Assembly (NCBI RefSeq): GCF_006345805.1
Contig: NC_042999.1
Span: forward strand, 2,728,001-2,792,000
Reading direction: 5' to 3'
Origin: Octopus sinensis
Lineage: Eukaryota
Length of the DNA: 64,000 nt
The notes under the pieces were generated by a model. That model had not been told where the DNA came from and did no database searches. It saw nothing but the letters and a program-made list of their open reading frames with translations. Below are positions 1-12,280 of the stretch, one piece after another. Each line of letters opens with the position of its first letter. Positions within the stretch are counted from its first letter, which is position 1. A program made the position numbers and the translations under genes.

Positions 1-595
1 GTGTGTGTGTGTAAATACACACATATATATGTATGTATTACTGTACATATATAAATATAGATGATTTTATATATATATATTATATATATATATAGATAGT
101 TAGATAGAAAGATATATATATATATATATAGATAGATACATACATACAAAGATGGATAGATATAGATATATATTATACATACATTATATATTTAAATATA
201 TACATTTACAAATATATATATACATTATACATACATTATATATTTAAATATACACATTTACAAATATATATATATATGTATATATATATATATGCACACA
301 TACATATCAATATTATATAAATACATATAGATGCATATACACACACATGCACACACATATATCTATATGAATGTATACAGAAGGAGAGAGAGAGAGAGAG
401 AGAGAGAGGCATATCGGATGGTACTTGTGCCGCAGAACATAATACAGCAACAGCAGTGACAATTAATTCAAACACTAATGTAATACAATAACATTGCAAA
501 TTTTGGGGAAAAGATTGAAAAGTATGTGTGTATATATACACACACACATAGACACATACACATATACATATATGTATATATTATAAACATATTCA

Positions 596-650
<55 letters not shown>

Positions 651-910
651 TTATACATGTATACATATATATTCACACGCACACACACACAGTATATGCA
701 TGTATATGTGTGTATATACATACACACACACATATATATATTATATATATCTATATACATACATACTCACGCACACACAGATATATATATTAGATATATA
801 TATATATATATATATAATATATATATATATAAATATATATATTATATGTATATATGTGTGTATATATATATATATATATTATATATATCTATATATATAT
901 TTATTATATT
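1..910. repeat. Compound (TA)n/(CA)n/(GA)n microsatellite tract
   Basis: Seen directly; the Y/I/H-rich ORFs here are repeat translations. Confidence 0.95.
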
Positions 911-1238
911 GACTGGCTTCCATGTCGGTGGCATGCAAAAATAACGGCGGCACGTGAAAAAACACTCAAGCGAGGTCATTGCCAGTGCCACTGGACTGGC
1001 TCCTGTGCAGGTGGCACACATAAAAAACACCGTTTGAGCGTGGCCTGTGCCAGTACCTCCTGACTGACTCTTGTGCAGGTGGAACATAAAAGCACCCACT
1101 ACACTTTCGGAGTGGTTGGCGTTAGGAAGGGCATCCAGCTGTAGAATCTCTGCCTGGTGCTGCCATCTGGTTTGCCAGTCCTCAGTCAAATCGGCCAACA
1201 CATGCCAGCATGGAAAGCGGACGTTAAACAATGGTGAT
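911..1238 (+). mobile_element. 5'-truncated copy of an RTE LINE 3' UTR
   Basis: Ends GGAGTGGTTGGCGTTAGGAAGGGCATCCAGCTGTAG...CCAGCATGGAAAGCGGACGTTAAACAATGGTGAT, matching the 3' end of the RTE at 50657-54120. Confidence 0.8.
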
Positions 1239-1519
1239 ATATATATATTATATATATATATATACACACACACATACGCATATATAAATGTACTACATTT
1301 ATATATACATCTAAACATTACTTGTAATTCAACATGTAACATAGCGACAACAGTAACAACTACTACTACTACTACTACTACAATAATAATTAACAATAAA
1401 CAATACCAGAATGTCAAGAACAACAACATTTAGATTAGAGGAAAATAAGACCAAAAAATTGAATTGTTATAATTAACTTTCAACGAAATTGTTATGACAA
1501 AGTAAAGAGACCAAAGTTA

Positions 1520-2185
1520 AAACACACACACACACATACACACATTCATACACATATATACAACACATACACACACATTCATACACATATATACAACACA
1601 TACAAATATACATATATATACAACATGTATAGAAACACATACACACACATTCATACACATATATATATAATATGTACAAATATACATATATACAACACGT
1701 ATAGAAACACATACACACACATTCATACACATATATATATAATACGTACAAATATACATATATACAACACATATACAAACACATACACACACATTCATAC
1801 ACATATATACAACACATACAAATATACATATATACAACATATATACAAACACACACACACACATTCATACACACATATATATAACACATATACAAATAAA
1901 CATGCATACACACACACACAAATATGCACATACATGCACATTCATACACACATATATAGAACACATACAAATAAACACTTACGCACATACACACACAAAA
2001 TATGCACATATGTACACATTCATACACACATACATACAACACATATACAAATAAGCATATATGAGCATACACACACAAATATGCACATAAGTGCACATTC
2101 ATACACACATGCATACACACGCATATACAAATAAGTACTTATGCGCATACACACACACAAATATGCACATGCATGCATATTTACA
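1520..2185. repeat. Degenerate CA/TA-derived minisatellite (~55-60 bp unit)
   Basis: Recurrent CACACACATTCATACACATATATACAACACATACAAATATACATAT units. Confidence 0.8.
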
Positions 2186-2454
2186 CAGACACATGGACGC
2201 ATTCGAATAGACGCGAAACTGAACAAAGAATTTAATATTTTGAGTTAATCGTTTTCCTTTGCAACGAGCTTCAAGTGTTTTTCTTCTCCGTTCTCTGCTT
2301 CCTTCAGGTAAACGACACAAAGCCATGAAATGGAAAGAAAACATTGATAGCTTTGTATCTATGGAGATTCAGGACATTGCACAGAACACTAATAAACACG
2401 AGTCCTGTTGATTGGTCGTTTGGGACTGTTTTTAAAATTTTATTTTTATTTTTA

Positions 2455-2652
2455 TTACCATTCTTGTATTTGTTTCAGGCATTTCACTTTGGCCATGCTG
2501 GAGCACCGCCGTTAGTCAAGCAAAGCAACCCCCTTTGGACTTATTTTTGTAAACCTAGTACCTATTCTATTGTTCTCTTTTTGCTGAACTGCTAAGTTAC
2601 AGGGGTGTAAACACACCAGCATCAGTTGTCAAGCAATGTTGGGGGACAAACA
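2455..2652 (-). mobile_element. Partial duplicate of the SINE family B 3' half
   Basis: Near-copy of 2695-2890 (GTTTCAGGCATTT...CATGCTGGAGCACCGCC...GGGGGACAAACA). Confidence 0.75.
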
Positions 2653-2937
2653 TTCAATTTTATTTTTATTCAATTTTATTTTTATTTTTATTACCATTCT
2701 TTTATTTGTTTCAGGCATTTGATCGCAGCCATGCTGGAGCACCGCCGTTAGTCGAGCAAATCGATACCCTCCCCCAGGACTTATCCTTTGTAAACCTAGT
2801 ACTTATTTTATTGTTCTCTTTTTGCTGAACCGCTAAGTTTCAGGGATGTAAACACACCAGCATCAGTTGTCAAGCAATGTTGGGGGACAAACACAGACAC
2901 ACAAACACACACATGTGTATATATATATATATATATA

Positions 2938-3147
2938 CCAATTAAGGACTGAACACGAAAAGGTGGACAGTCAACATGCTAGATATAGACGTCAAATCGC
3001 CATTCTCCACAAAGATTTGTTCTCAAATAAAAATAAATTTTTTTATTTTTATTTTTATTTGAGAACAAAATCTTTGTGGAGAATGGCGATTGACGTCTAT
3101 ATCTAGCATGTTGACTGTCCACCTTTTCGTGTTCAGTCCTTAATTGG
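2938..3147. repeat. ~210-bp near-perfect inverted repeat (fold-back element) inserted in (TA)n
   Basis: Arms 2938-3037 and ~3048-3147 are reverse complements apart from two 1-nt homopolymer indels; T-rich spacer of about 10 nt. Confidence 0.95.
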
Positions 3148-3262
3148 TATATATAAATATTTTAATCTTCGGATTCTTTTTAATGTGCTAGACCACTGGT
3201 TTAATGACTAATATCAATTTCTACCCTTAATTTTTAAATATATATATATATATATATATATA

Positions 3263-3460
3263 GGGAGAGTTCATGAAAAAAACAAAAGACAAAGACAGAT
3301 GGTGTTGTATGAAGCAAACAGATGTATTAGTATAACGCTCAGGAATAGAAAAGGTCTTTTACGTTTTGAGCCTACACTCTTCTACAGAAAGATACACAGA
3401 AAAAAAACAAGGAGAGAAAAAATATGTATGTAATGGCTACTGATCTATCATGGCGACTAT
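3263..3460 (-). mobile_element. Short (TA)n-flanked Penelope-type terminal remnant
   Basis: Flanked by TA repeats; carries a hammerhead-like motif homologous to 34636-34671. Confidence 0.6.
3356..3391 (-). ncRNA. Degenerate type I hammerhead-like motif (U6 family, G12>A)
   Basis: Minus strand CUUU-CUGUAGA-A-GAGU GUAG GCUC-AAAAC-GUA-AAAG; the GAAA position is mutated. Confidence 0.45.
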
Positions 3461-3472
3461 CTATCTATCTAT

Positions 3473-3513
<41 letters not shown>

Positions 3514-3714
3514 AGCACACACACACATATATATACAACAGGCTTCTTTCAGTTTCTGTCTACCAAATCCACTCACAAGGCTTTGGTCGGCCCGAGGCTA
3601 TAGTAGAAGACACTTGCCCAAGGTTCCACACAATGGAACTGAACCCAGAACCATGTGGTTGGTAAGCAAGCTACTTACCACACAGCCACTCCTGTGACTA
3701 ACATGGTTAGCATT

Positions 3715-3955
3715 CATGAAATTTGAGGTTGAATTTCTGGAGTCTGTCCAGAGACATACAACCAGATGAATGTTCTCTCTCAATCACTTACAATATCTCG
3801 AAAATATTGCTTATCTGGACATTCATGTGCTAAAGCCTCAATGTCCAGCAACTGAGCTCAAGAAACACCCAAGATTCTTCATCTTTCCAACAACTACGGC
3901 CATCTTTTTCAATTCAACAAGTCTTCCATTTTGAGATTAATAATTATTTTTAAGC
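3715..3955 (+). mobile_element. Decayed CR1-like LINE ORF2 C-terminal remnant
   Basis: Translates KFEVEFLESVQRHTTR*, resembling the CR1 LExVQRRAT(R/K) motif; multiple disablements. Confidence 0.45.
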
Positions 3956-4155
3956 CTAGCATTTATTCTATCACTTTTCAGGGGTTTTCATTGTGGTTTT
4001 TGTTTTGTTTTGTTTTAGTTCCCTTTGCCTAACTGTTAAATTATGGGGCTATATTCAAACCAACACTGGTCCTCAAATGATGGTGAGGGACAAGCACAAA
4101 ACTCTAAGACCCACACATTCAAATATACATACATATACATACATATATATATATA

Positions 4156-4561
4156 GGCACAGGAGTGGCTGTGTGGTAAGTAGCTTGCTTACGAACCACA
4201 TGGTTCCAGGTTCAGTCCCACTGCGTGACACCTTGGGCAAGTGTCTTCTACTTTAGCCTCAGGCCGACCAAAGCCTTGTGAGTGGATGGTAGACGGAAAC
4301 TGAAAGAAGCCCGTCGTATAAATGTATATATATGTGCATGTGTGTGTATATGTTTGTGTGTCTGTGTTTGTCCCCCCAATATCGCTTGACAACTGATGCT
4401 AGTGTGTTTACATCTCCATAACTTAGCGGTTCAGCAAAAGAGATGGATAGAATAAGTACAATGATTACAAAGAATAAGTCCTGGAGTCGATTTCTCAACT
4501 AAAGGTGGTGCTCCAGCATGACCACAGTCACATGATTGAAACAAGTAAAAGAGTAAAAGAG
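4156..4561 (+). mobile_element. Full-length SINE family B
   Basis: A-box-like TGGCTGTGTGG, B-box-like GGTTCAGTCCC, internal (TA/TG)n, tail CCAGCATG..CAGTC....GA.TGAAACAAGTAAAAGAGTAAAAGAG. Confidence 0.9.
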
Positions 4562-4592
<31 letters not shown>

Positions 4593-4600
4593 CATATGAT

Positions 4601-4817
4601 ATATTCTTTTGTACTCTAGGTACAAGGCCCAAAATTTGGGGGGATGGGACCAGTCGATTAGATCGACTCCAGTATACAACTGGTACTTAATTTATCAACC
4701 CCAAAAGGATGAAAGGCAAAGCTGACCTCGGCAGAATTTTAACTCAGAATGTCAATACAGACAAAATGCCACTAAGCATTTCACCCAGCATGCCAACATT
4801 TCTGCCAGCTCACCACC
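4601..4817 (-). mobile_element. tRNA-derived SINE family C
   Basis: Reverse complement of GGTGGTGAGCTGGCAGAA...GAGTTAAAATTC...GCCTTTCATCCTTTTGGGGTTGATAAATTAAGTACCAG. Confidence 0.85.
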
Positions 4818-4844
4818 TTGTACACATATGTATATATATTATAT

Positions 4845-5152
4845 AGGCACTGGAATGGTAGTGTGGTAAATAGCTTGCTTACGAACCACGAGGTTCCAGG
4901 TTCAGTCTCACTGTGTGGAACCTGGGACAAGTGTCTTCTACTATGGCCTCGGGCCAACCAAAGCCTTGTGAGTGGATTTGGTAGACGGAAATTGAAAGAA
5001 GCCCATCGATATATATATACATATATATATATATACATATATAAATATGTGTGTGTGTATTTATTATTTGTGACTGTGTTTGTACTCCCACCATCGCTTG
5101 ACAACCGATGTTGGTGTGTTTATGTCCCCGTCATTTTGTGGTTCAGCTAAAA
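4845..5152 (+). mobile_element. SINE family B, 3'-truncated
   Basis: Head and internal microsatellite are homologous to 4156-4561. Confidence 0.8.
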
Positions 5153-5174
5153 GAGATCAAAAGTGTGATGACAG

Positions 5175-5631
5175 TCAGTCAATGAAAGTGAAAGAGCGAG
5201 AAAGAGGATGTGAGGGAGTGAGATAGAGTGAAAGAAAGAGAGAAATAGTTTGCGTCTCTATGTATGTGATGAAAATTATAAGCAAAGAAGACAAAGAGGG
5301 GGAGAGAGAGAGAGAAAGAGAGGGAGTGATAGAGTGAAAGAAATAGAGGAGAAAGAGAGAGAAAAGTAGAGAGAGAGAAAAAAGAATGGTAGAGAGAGAG
5401 AAAAAAGAATGGTAGAGAGTGAAAGTGAGCAATAGATAAAGAGAGAGAAAGAAAGAGAGAGAGAAAGTATGAGGAAAATTACAGGGAGATAAATAGAGTG
5501 AGAAAAAGAAAATGACAATATCTGGGGAGAGAAAAAAAAGTGGAGAAGAAACTTCGGCAGAGAGAAGCATAGGAGATGTTAACATCTAAGAAGAGAAAGA
5601 AAGAAAAGTGAAAGAAAGAGAGTACGTGTGT

Positions 5632-5678
<47 letters not shown>

Positions 5679-5680
5679 AA
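5175..5680. repeat. (GA)-rich purine tract
   Basis: Seen directly. Confidence 0.85.
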
Positions 5681-6505
5681 GATCAAAACAGTTGGAACAA
5701 GTTAACATTGTAATAATTTTGTTAAAATGCATGATTAAATGAAAATCATAAAAGTTCCCATTTTATAGCTTAAAAAAAAAATAATAATAAATAACACCCC
5801 CCCCCCCTGTTTGGTCTGCCTAAACCAAACAAATCGTATTGTTTTGCTATTAAATTTCAAATTTTTTCATTAATATCACAGCAGAAAAAAACAAAGCGAA
5901 CCATTATAATTTCTGTTCCCCACCCCGCCACACTTTTGTTAATGCAGTTTAGCTATAAATGAAAATCTAATTAAGCATCTTTGTCCTTTTAAATCTTGCT
6001 TCTTGTTTCTGACTAATAATAAACCACTACTTGAAATGAAAATTAGTGATGCTAATAAATTACACCCCTGCTTAGATGTACTTTGACGGTTAACTCCTTC
6101 CTTTTGTAATTAGCAGTAATAACTTGATTGTTATTAGCCATAATAATAATAATAATAACAATAATAATACTGATACGTCTTTATTATAATCACTATATTT
6201 TGACTTCAAAATTTCACAACTACCTTCGTCTTATCATCAAATGTATTTCAGTTAGTAACACATTATTGTTATCATCATCATCATCGTCATTGTCATTATT
6301 ATTGTTGTTATTATTATGTTATTATTATTATTTGATATTTTGCAGTTCTCTGTGAAGTAACTTTTTCCCCCCTAAAATCTCTCTAATTCAACATCCTTGT
6401 TTAATATTTAAATAGATGAGCAAAAGTTTTTGACTTTAGATATTAGCAAAGATTCTAATAATTCTACCAAATGTTTGTAATATTATTAGAATTTCTCAAT
6501 ATCTT

Positions 6506-7110
6506 GGCGCAGGAGTGGCTGTGTGGTAAGTGGTGCAGGAGTGGCTATGTGGTAAGTAGCTTGCTTATAAACCACATGGTTCCAGGTCCAGACCCACTGC
6601 ATGGCACTTTGAGCAAGTGTCTTCTACTATAGCCTCGGGCCGACCAAAGCCTTGTGAGTGGATTTGGTAGATGGAAACTGAAAGAAGCCCATCGTATATA
6701 TGTGTATCATCATCATCATCATCATCATTTAGCGTCCGCTTTCCATGCTATCATGGGTTGGACGGTTCAACTGGGGTCTGGGAAGCCAGAAGGCAGCACC
6801 AGGCCCAGTCTGATCTGGCAATGTTTCTATGGCTGGATGCCCTTCCTAACGCCAACCACTCCGTGAGTGTAGAACCACTCCGTGAATGTAGAACCACTCC
6901 GTGAACATGTCTGTGTCCACCACCCCCAACATCGCTTGACAACTGATGCTGGTGTGTTTGCGTCCCGGTAACGTAGCGGTTCAGCAAAAGACCGATAGAA
7001 TAAATACTAGGTTTACAAAGAATAAGTCCTGGGGTCAGTTTGCTCGACTAAAGGCGATGCTCTAGCATGGCAACAGTCAAATGACTGAAACAAGTAAAAG
7101 AGTAAGGAGT
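6506..7110 (+). mobile_element. SINE family B with duplicated A-box head and a nested RTE 3'-tail insertion (6707-6905, minus)
   Basis: Head is duplicated (GGCGCAGGAGTGGCTGTGTGGTAAG/GGTGCAGGAGTGGCTATGTGGTAAG); (CAT)n-tailed RTE end sits at the position of the internal microsatellite. Confidence 0.85.
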
Positions 7111-7127
7111 ATCTTTGCATTCTGTTA

Positions 7128-7295
7128 AGGTGGTGATCTGGCAGAATCATTTACTCATGGGTGAAATGCATAGCAGCATTTTATTGGCGTTTACTTTCTG
7201 AGTTCAAATCCTGCTTGGGTTGACTTTGCCTTTCATTCATTTGGGGTTGATAAAATGAGGGCCAGATGAGTTCTGGGGGTTGATGCAATTGATGT
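7128..7295 (+). mobile_element. SINE family C (decayed)
   Basis: GGTGGTGATCTGGCAGAATC...GAGTTCAAATCC...GCCTTTCATTC. Confidence 0.75.
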
Positions 7296-7304
7296 ACTAT
7301 TTGA

Positions 7305-7640
7305 GTGTGACTGATGCCACCTGACTGGCACCTGTGCCAGTGGCACGTAAAAAGCACAATTCGAGCGTGACCAGTGACAGTGCCACCTGACTAGCACCCA
7401 TGCCGGTGGCACATAAAAAGCAGCATTTGAGTGTGGTCAATGTCAGTGCCACCTGATTGGCCCCCATGCCACTCTCTTGGAGTAGTTGGTGTTAGGAAGG
7501 GCATCCAGCTGTAGAAACCTTGCCAAATCAGATTGGAGCCTGGTGCAGCCTCCTGGTTTGCCAGTCCTCAGTTAAACCATCCAACCCATGCCAGCATGGA
7601 AAGCAGAAGTCAAACGACGACGATGATGATGATGATGATG
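7305..7640 (+). mobile_element. RTE 3' UTR copy with (GAT)n tail
   Basis: GTTAGGAAGGGCATCCAGCTGTAG...CCATGCCAGCATGGAAAGC...GATGATGATG. Confidence 0.8.
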
Positions 7641-7968
7641 GACTTCTTCCCCCAAATTGCTGGCATTGTGCCAAAATTAGAAACCAATATATTTATATTC
7701 TTTATTACAATTAACATTTTAATTAACAAAGTAAAATTTTTTACATTTTAGTCATTAAAATTTATCCCTCTTCATCTGTTTCATAAGTGCAGGAATGGCT
7801 GTGTGGCTAAGGAGCTCACTTTGCAACCATGTGGTTTGGAGTTCAGTCCTAGTGCATTGCACCTAGGGGAAGTGTCTCCTGGGTGACCAATACCATGTTA
7901 GTAAATTTGATAGATGGATATTGAGTGAAAGCTTGTCACACACACAGAAATATAATATATATATATAT

Positions 7969-8204
7969 TACAGAGATGTACTTGCATAGTAAGTGACCTG
8001 ATCTGAGCTAGTGTGCTGGAACGAAAACAATTGCAGCATGGAAGGTGTTTGTAAGCCATTTAAGAAACACACAAAAGCCGTTAGATTCACTTCAACATTT
8101 AAATTTAATTCGTCAAAATATTTTCGTCACTTTGAGAAAATAACCTGTTCACTGACAAAATTCCGTGTGTTTCTTAAATGGCTTATAAACCCCTTCCACG
8201 CTGC

Positions 8205-8208
<4 letters not shown>
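7969..8208. mobile_element. Truncated long-TIR MITE (TA-flanked, Tc1/mariner-type)
   Basis: Left end TACAGAGATGTACTTGCATAGTAAGTGACCTGATCTGAG is the reverse complement of the end of 29955-30272; internal inverted repeats 8030-8072 vs 8166-8208. Confidence 0.65.
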
Positions 8209-8233
<25 letters not shown>

Positions 8234-8238
<5 letters not shown>

Positions 8239-8645
8239 GATGTATAATGTATATGAAGACATACCTTTTTGGGTCATTGCTGCATTTTTTGCTAATTCTG
8301 TAAAATCTTTGTTTCAGAAAATAATAATAATGGAAGACCCTCAGCTTACTCAAGAAATGAAGAGACATGCTGTTATTTACATTATTTACGTTCGACAGAT
8401 ATTTGTCTTCATCTTGTTTGTTGTTTACACAACGTTTCGGCTGATATACCCTCCAGCCAAAACGTTGTATTAGCAACAAACAAGATGAAGATAAATATCC
8501 GTCGAATGTAAATAATGATACATAATTCCTCATCTCTTAAATATAGAACTGCATGCTGTTATTGTTGTTATAAAGGCTGAGCATAGCGATTTAGAAATAT
8601 CTCAATTTTTAAAAGTTGCCAGATCAAAATTGAATTATTTTTGAG
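8234..8645 (+). mobile_element. Tc1/mariner-like transposase 5' remnant interrupted by an insertion
   Basis: Removing 8378-8563 restores MEDPQLTQEMKRHAVI-VVIKAEHSDLEISQFLKVARS, which resembles an HTH N-terminus; family assignment is inferred. Confidence 0.55.
8378..8551. mobile_element. Penelope-type terminal fragment with fold-back duplication and 12-bp TSD
   Basis: TSD CATGCTGTTATT at 8366-8377 and 8552-8563; 64-bp inverted arms 8380-8443 and 8454-8517. Confidence 0.8.
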
Positions 8646-8976
8646 TATACACATGTTCACATAATATGAATTATCCATTGGATAATTTATATTATGTGAA
8701 TAAATCATTATTCACATTATTATCCGCATTATAAATTATATAATATAATTTATTAAGTGGATAATTTATGTCATGTGATAATATATATCATGCCTGAAAT
8801 TTGTCTTCTTGAAATTTGAACCTGTACACCTTTAATGTATAACAAACTGATTTTAGATATAATACTTTAAATATAACACATTAATTTAATCTCAATTGGG
8901 TCAGTACATGGCAATTTGCATAAAATGCAATAATGATATCTTCCAGTTTTGTATATGTAACTACAAAGGCAAAACT

Positions 8977-9930
8977 TTAACCACTGGCTGGTTGTAGTGT
9001 CATAGTTTCTTGTTGATGTCTTTTTTTGTCTTTCCATTTCTCCTTTCTCTCTCTGTCACTCCTTTGTATTCCCTCTTTGACGGTACATCGCCAATCTCCA
9101 CGGTTACTGGCAATTGCTTCCCAATTGCTAATATTGATGTTGCAGGCCTTCATGTCCCTTTTGCAAACATCCTTGTAATGTAAGAACAGTCTTTCCACAG
9201 GCCTAGTACCCCTAGCAAGCTCTCCGTAGAGTATGTCCTTGGGGATTCTGCCATCTTTCATACGGCTAACATGTCCAAGCCATCTCATACGTCTTTGTGT
9301 GAGGAGTGCAAACATGCTTGGTATTCCTGATTGCTTGAGGACATCTTTGTTGGGGACGTGATTCTGCCATTTGATGTGGAGGATTTTTCAGAGGCAGCGC
9401 AGGTGAAAGATGTTTAGGCGACGCTCTTGGCGTGTGTATAGCGTCCAGGTCTCGCTTCCATACAGTAGAGTGCTGAGTACACATGCCTGGTAGATCTTCA
9501 TTTTTGTGGTCTTGGTCAGCTTATTGTTGTCCCAAGCCCGTTTGGAGAGTTGGGCCATCGCAGCAGCTGCCTTGCCAATGCGTATATTGAGCTCAGCATC
9601 AAGGGATAGGTTGTAGGTGACGGTAGAGCCCAGATAGGTAAACTTCTCCACCTCTTGTAATCTGTGGTCTCCAATATGTATGTTTGGGATGTCCGATGTA
9701 GCCTGGCCCATGATGTTGGTCTTTTTAAGGCTGATAGCTAAGCCAAAGTCGTTACATGCTTGCTCAAAACACTTGATGAGCCTTTGGAGGGCTTCTTCTG
9801 TGTGTGATACCAGAGCGACATCATCAGCAAATAGCATCTCCTTGATCAGGACGCTTCTGATTTTGGTCTTGGCATGCAGGCACGAGAGATTGAACAGTTT
9901 CTCGTCACTTCTACTGTGCAGAAACACTCC
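8977..9930 (-). mobile_element. 5'-truncated RTE-clade LINE (RT C-terminal half)
   Basis: LFADD catalytic motif, FTYLGS, IRIGKA, LLYGSETW, RWLGHV. The two track ORFs are in frame and separated by a single TGA (CL*KIL, probably CGA>TGA). Confidence 0.92.
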
Positions 9931-10244
9931 ATATTAAAAAATCTTTAATATCTACAACTAATGAGCTTGCACGACTAGACTTGAGATAAACGCTGGAGTG
10001 GTTTTCCTTTGCCTTCTCCAAAGTGGGGGAGGTGGGATTTGAACTGAGAATGTAGAGAACTGGAAGATATACTGTAAAGCACTTCTGCTGACGTGCTAAT
10101 GATTCACTCACTCTGCCACCTGCAGAGCAGTGGGAAATGAAGTGTATTGCTCAAAAGTATGACACTTGCAACCAGTCTAGGAACCGAACCCACAATCTAG
10201 CAATCATGAGTGCAATGCTTTAACCACTAGACAGTATGTCTTCA

Positions 10245-10350
10245 CACACACACACACACACCAACGCACACACACATACACTAACACACACATACACACA
10301 CAAACCCACATGCTAACATACACATGCACACATATACACACACAAACACA

Positions 10351-10385
<35 letters not shown>

Positions 10386-10830
10386 AAATCCTATATACAC
10401 AAATCTAATCATTCAAACCTGCTCCTAGACACTGTAACATACACACATATACATACACATACTTACACACACTTTCAAATATTCTCACATACACACATAA
10501 TAATACACACACATACTTAAATACACTCTCAAATATTTGCACACACACACACAAACACATACACACACATACAATACATACACATACTTACATACATTTT
10601 CAAATATTATATCGCACACACACACACACACATACAAACACTTACACACACTTACACTTTCAAAGATTCTCTCACACACACACACACACATAATATATAC
10701 ATATTCTCACACACACACACACAAACATGAGCATCATTTTTCTCTCTTTTTTAGTTGATTTATCTGAATCTGTGTGTGTGTATGTTGTGTGTGCACGTGT
10801 GTACATGTATGTGTGTGTAGCTATGCATGA
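10245..10830. repeat. (CA)n/(CT)n/(TG)n microsatellites
   Basis: Seen directly. Confidence 0.9.
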
Positions 10831-11150
10831 GGTGAAGGCATGTGGCTTAATGGTTAGGGTATTCGGCTCTTTATCATTAGGTTGTGAGTTCAATTCCCAC
10901 TGGCAGTGTTGTGTCCTTGACCAAGACACTTTATTTTACATTGCTCCAGTCCACTCAGCTGGCATTAATGAGTAATACCCATAATTCAAAGGGGCTAGCC
11001 TTGTCACACTCTGTGTCATGCTGAATCTCCCTGAGAATTACGTTAAGGGTATGCATGTCTGTGGAGCACTCAGCCAGATGCAGGTTAATTTCATGAGCAG
11101 GCATGAGCATTGATCGGATCAACTGAAACACTTGTCATTGCAACTGACTT
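10831..11150 (+). mobile_element. tRNA-derived SINE family D/E
   Basis: TGGCTTAATGGTTAGG A-box, GAGTTCAATTCCC B-box, body CTAGCCTTGTCACACTCTGTGTCA shared with 25390-25430. Confidence 0.7.
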
Positions 11151-11159
11151 AATGCCAGT

Positions 11160-11830
11160 TTTATCTGTGTATGAGTATCTGAGTGTGTGTATGTGTGTAC
11201 GTGTGTGTGTGTCTACGTTGTGTGTGTGTACGTGTGTGTACGTGTGTGTGTGTTTGTGCGTGTACGTGTGTGCTTCTGTGTGTGTGTGTGTGTGTGTGTT
11301 TGCATGCATGTGTATATGTATGTCCGAGCATGTGCGTATATCAATTTGAATATGTGAGTGTGACAGTGGGTGTTCAAACACACACACACACACACAGTCT
11401 CTCTTTCTCTCTCTCTCTCTCACTATTGCTCTGTGTCTCTCTTTCACTTTACCCCTCTCTTTGTTGTAGTTTACTGATCCTGAATCTGTGTGTGTGTGTG
11501 ACAGAGAGAGAGCATGTGTTTGTATGTATGTGTTTATGTGTGTATGTGTACATAATTGTGTATGTTGTGTGTGTATATGTGAGAGCGAGAGAGAGCATGT
11601 GTTTGTATGTTTGTGTTTGAGTACATATTTGTGTGTGTGTGTGTGTGTTCATATGCCTTTTGTGTCTATAAGCTCATATGTATATAATCTCAACATGTAC
11701 TTATATACATCTGTGTGCACATATGAGATTCTACGCATGCATTTCCACCAACACCGCTTTATCTTTCTTTCACTCTCTCCTTCCTCTTATTCTCTCTCTT
11801 TCTCTCTCATTCTCTCTCTCTCTATCTATT
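11160..11830. repeat. (TG)n/(CT)n microsatellites
   Basis: Seen directly. Confidence 0.9.
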
Positions 11831-12234
11831 TATTTCTCTTCCTTTCCATCTTCCTGCAATTCCAATAAAAATTTAGTGAAATCCACCAACGACAGCCTCC
11901 CACAGCTCATCTCTTTTCACCAACCATAAAACAACCATATAAAACCAATTATATCTCAGAGGAAATTCCTTAAAAACAATACAGAAGGACATAAAGAGCA
12001 AAAATTAAAACTCATCAACTTGGTTCATTTGAATTTAATGATGGTCTTCCATAGTTTTACATTTCTTCTCATTATAGTTTATCATTAAGGTTGTTGTTGT
12101 TGCCGTTGCTGTTTTTGTTGTATTTTATTGTTGTTATTATTATTTTTTATTATTGATGTTATTGCTTTTGTTATTACTGATATTGTTCTTGTTGCTGTTA
12201 TCATGTTTGTTTCCATAATTGTTATTGCTGCTGC

Positions 12235-12280
<46 letters not shown>

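Larger units (their letters stand above)
2695..3696 (-). mobile_element. tRNA-derived SINE family B, split by nested insertions in its internal (TA)n
   Basis: Tail at 2695-2915 and head at ~3535-3696 (reverse complement of CAGGAGTGGCTGTGTGGTAAG...GGTTCAGTTCC) are collinear with intact copies such as 4156-4561. Confidence 0.8.

Noticed and set aside
236-2226. Long Y/I/H/T/C/V-rich ORFs (also at 33890-34273, 35719-36701, 44263-45011, 54575-55142)
   Set aside because: Translations of (TA)n/(CA)n/(TG)n repeats, which lack stop codons in some frames; no coding signature.
2327-2413. Short ORF MKWKENIDSFVSMEIQDIAQNTNKHESC after a pyrimidine tract
   Set aside because: 28 codons, no homology recognised, no supporting gene structure.
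4156-4235. tRNA-like sequences with A/B boxes (many copies)
   Set aside because: They are SINE heads continuing into SINE bodies, with no complete cloverleaf.
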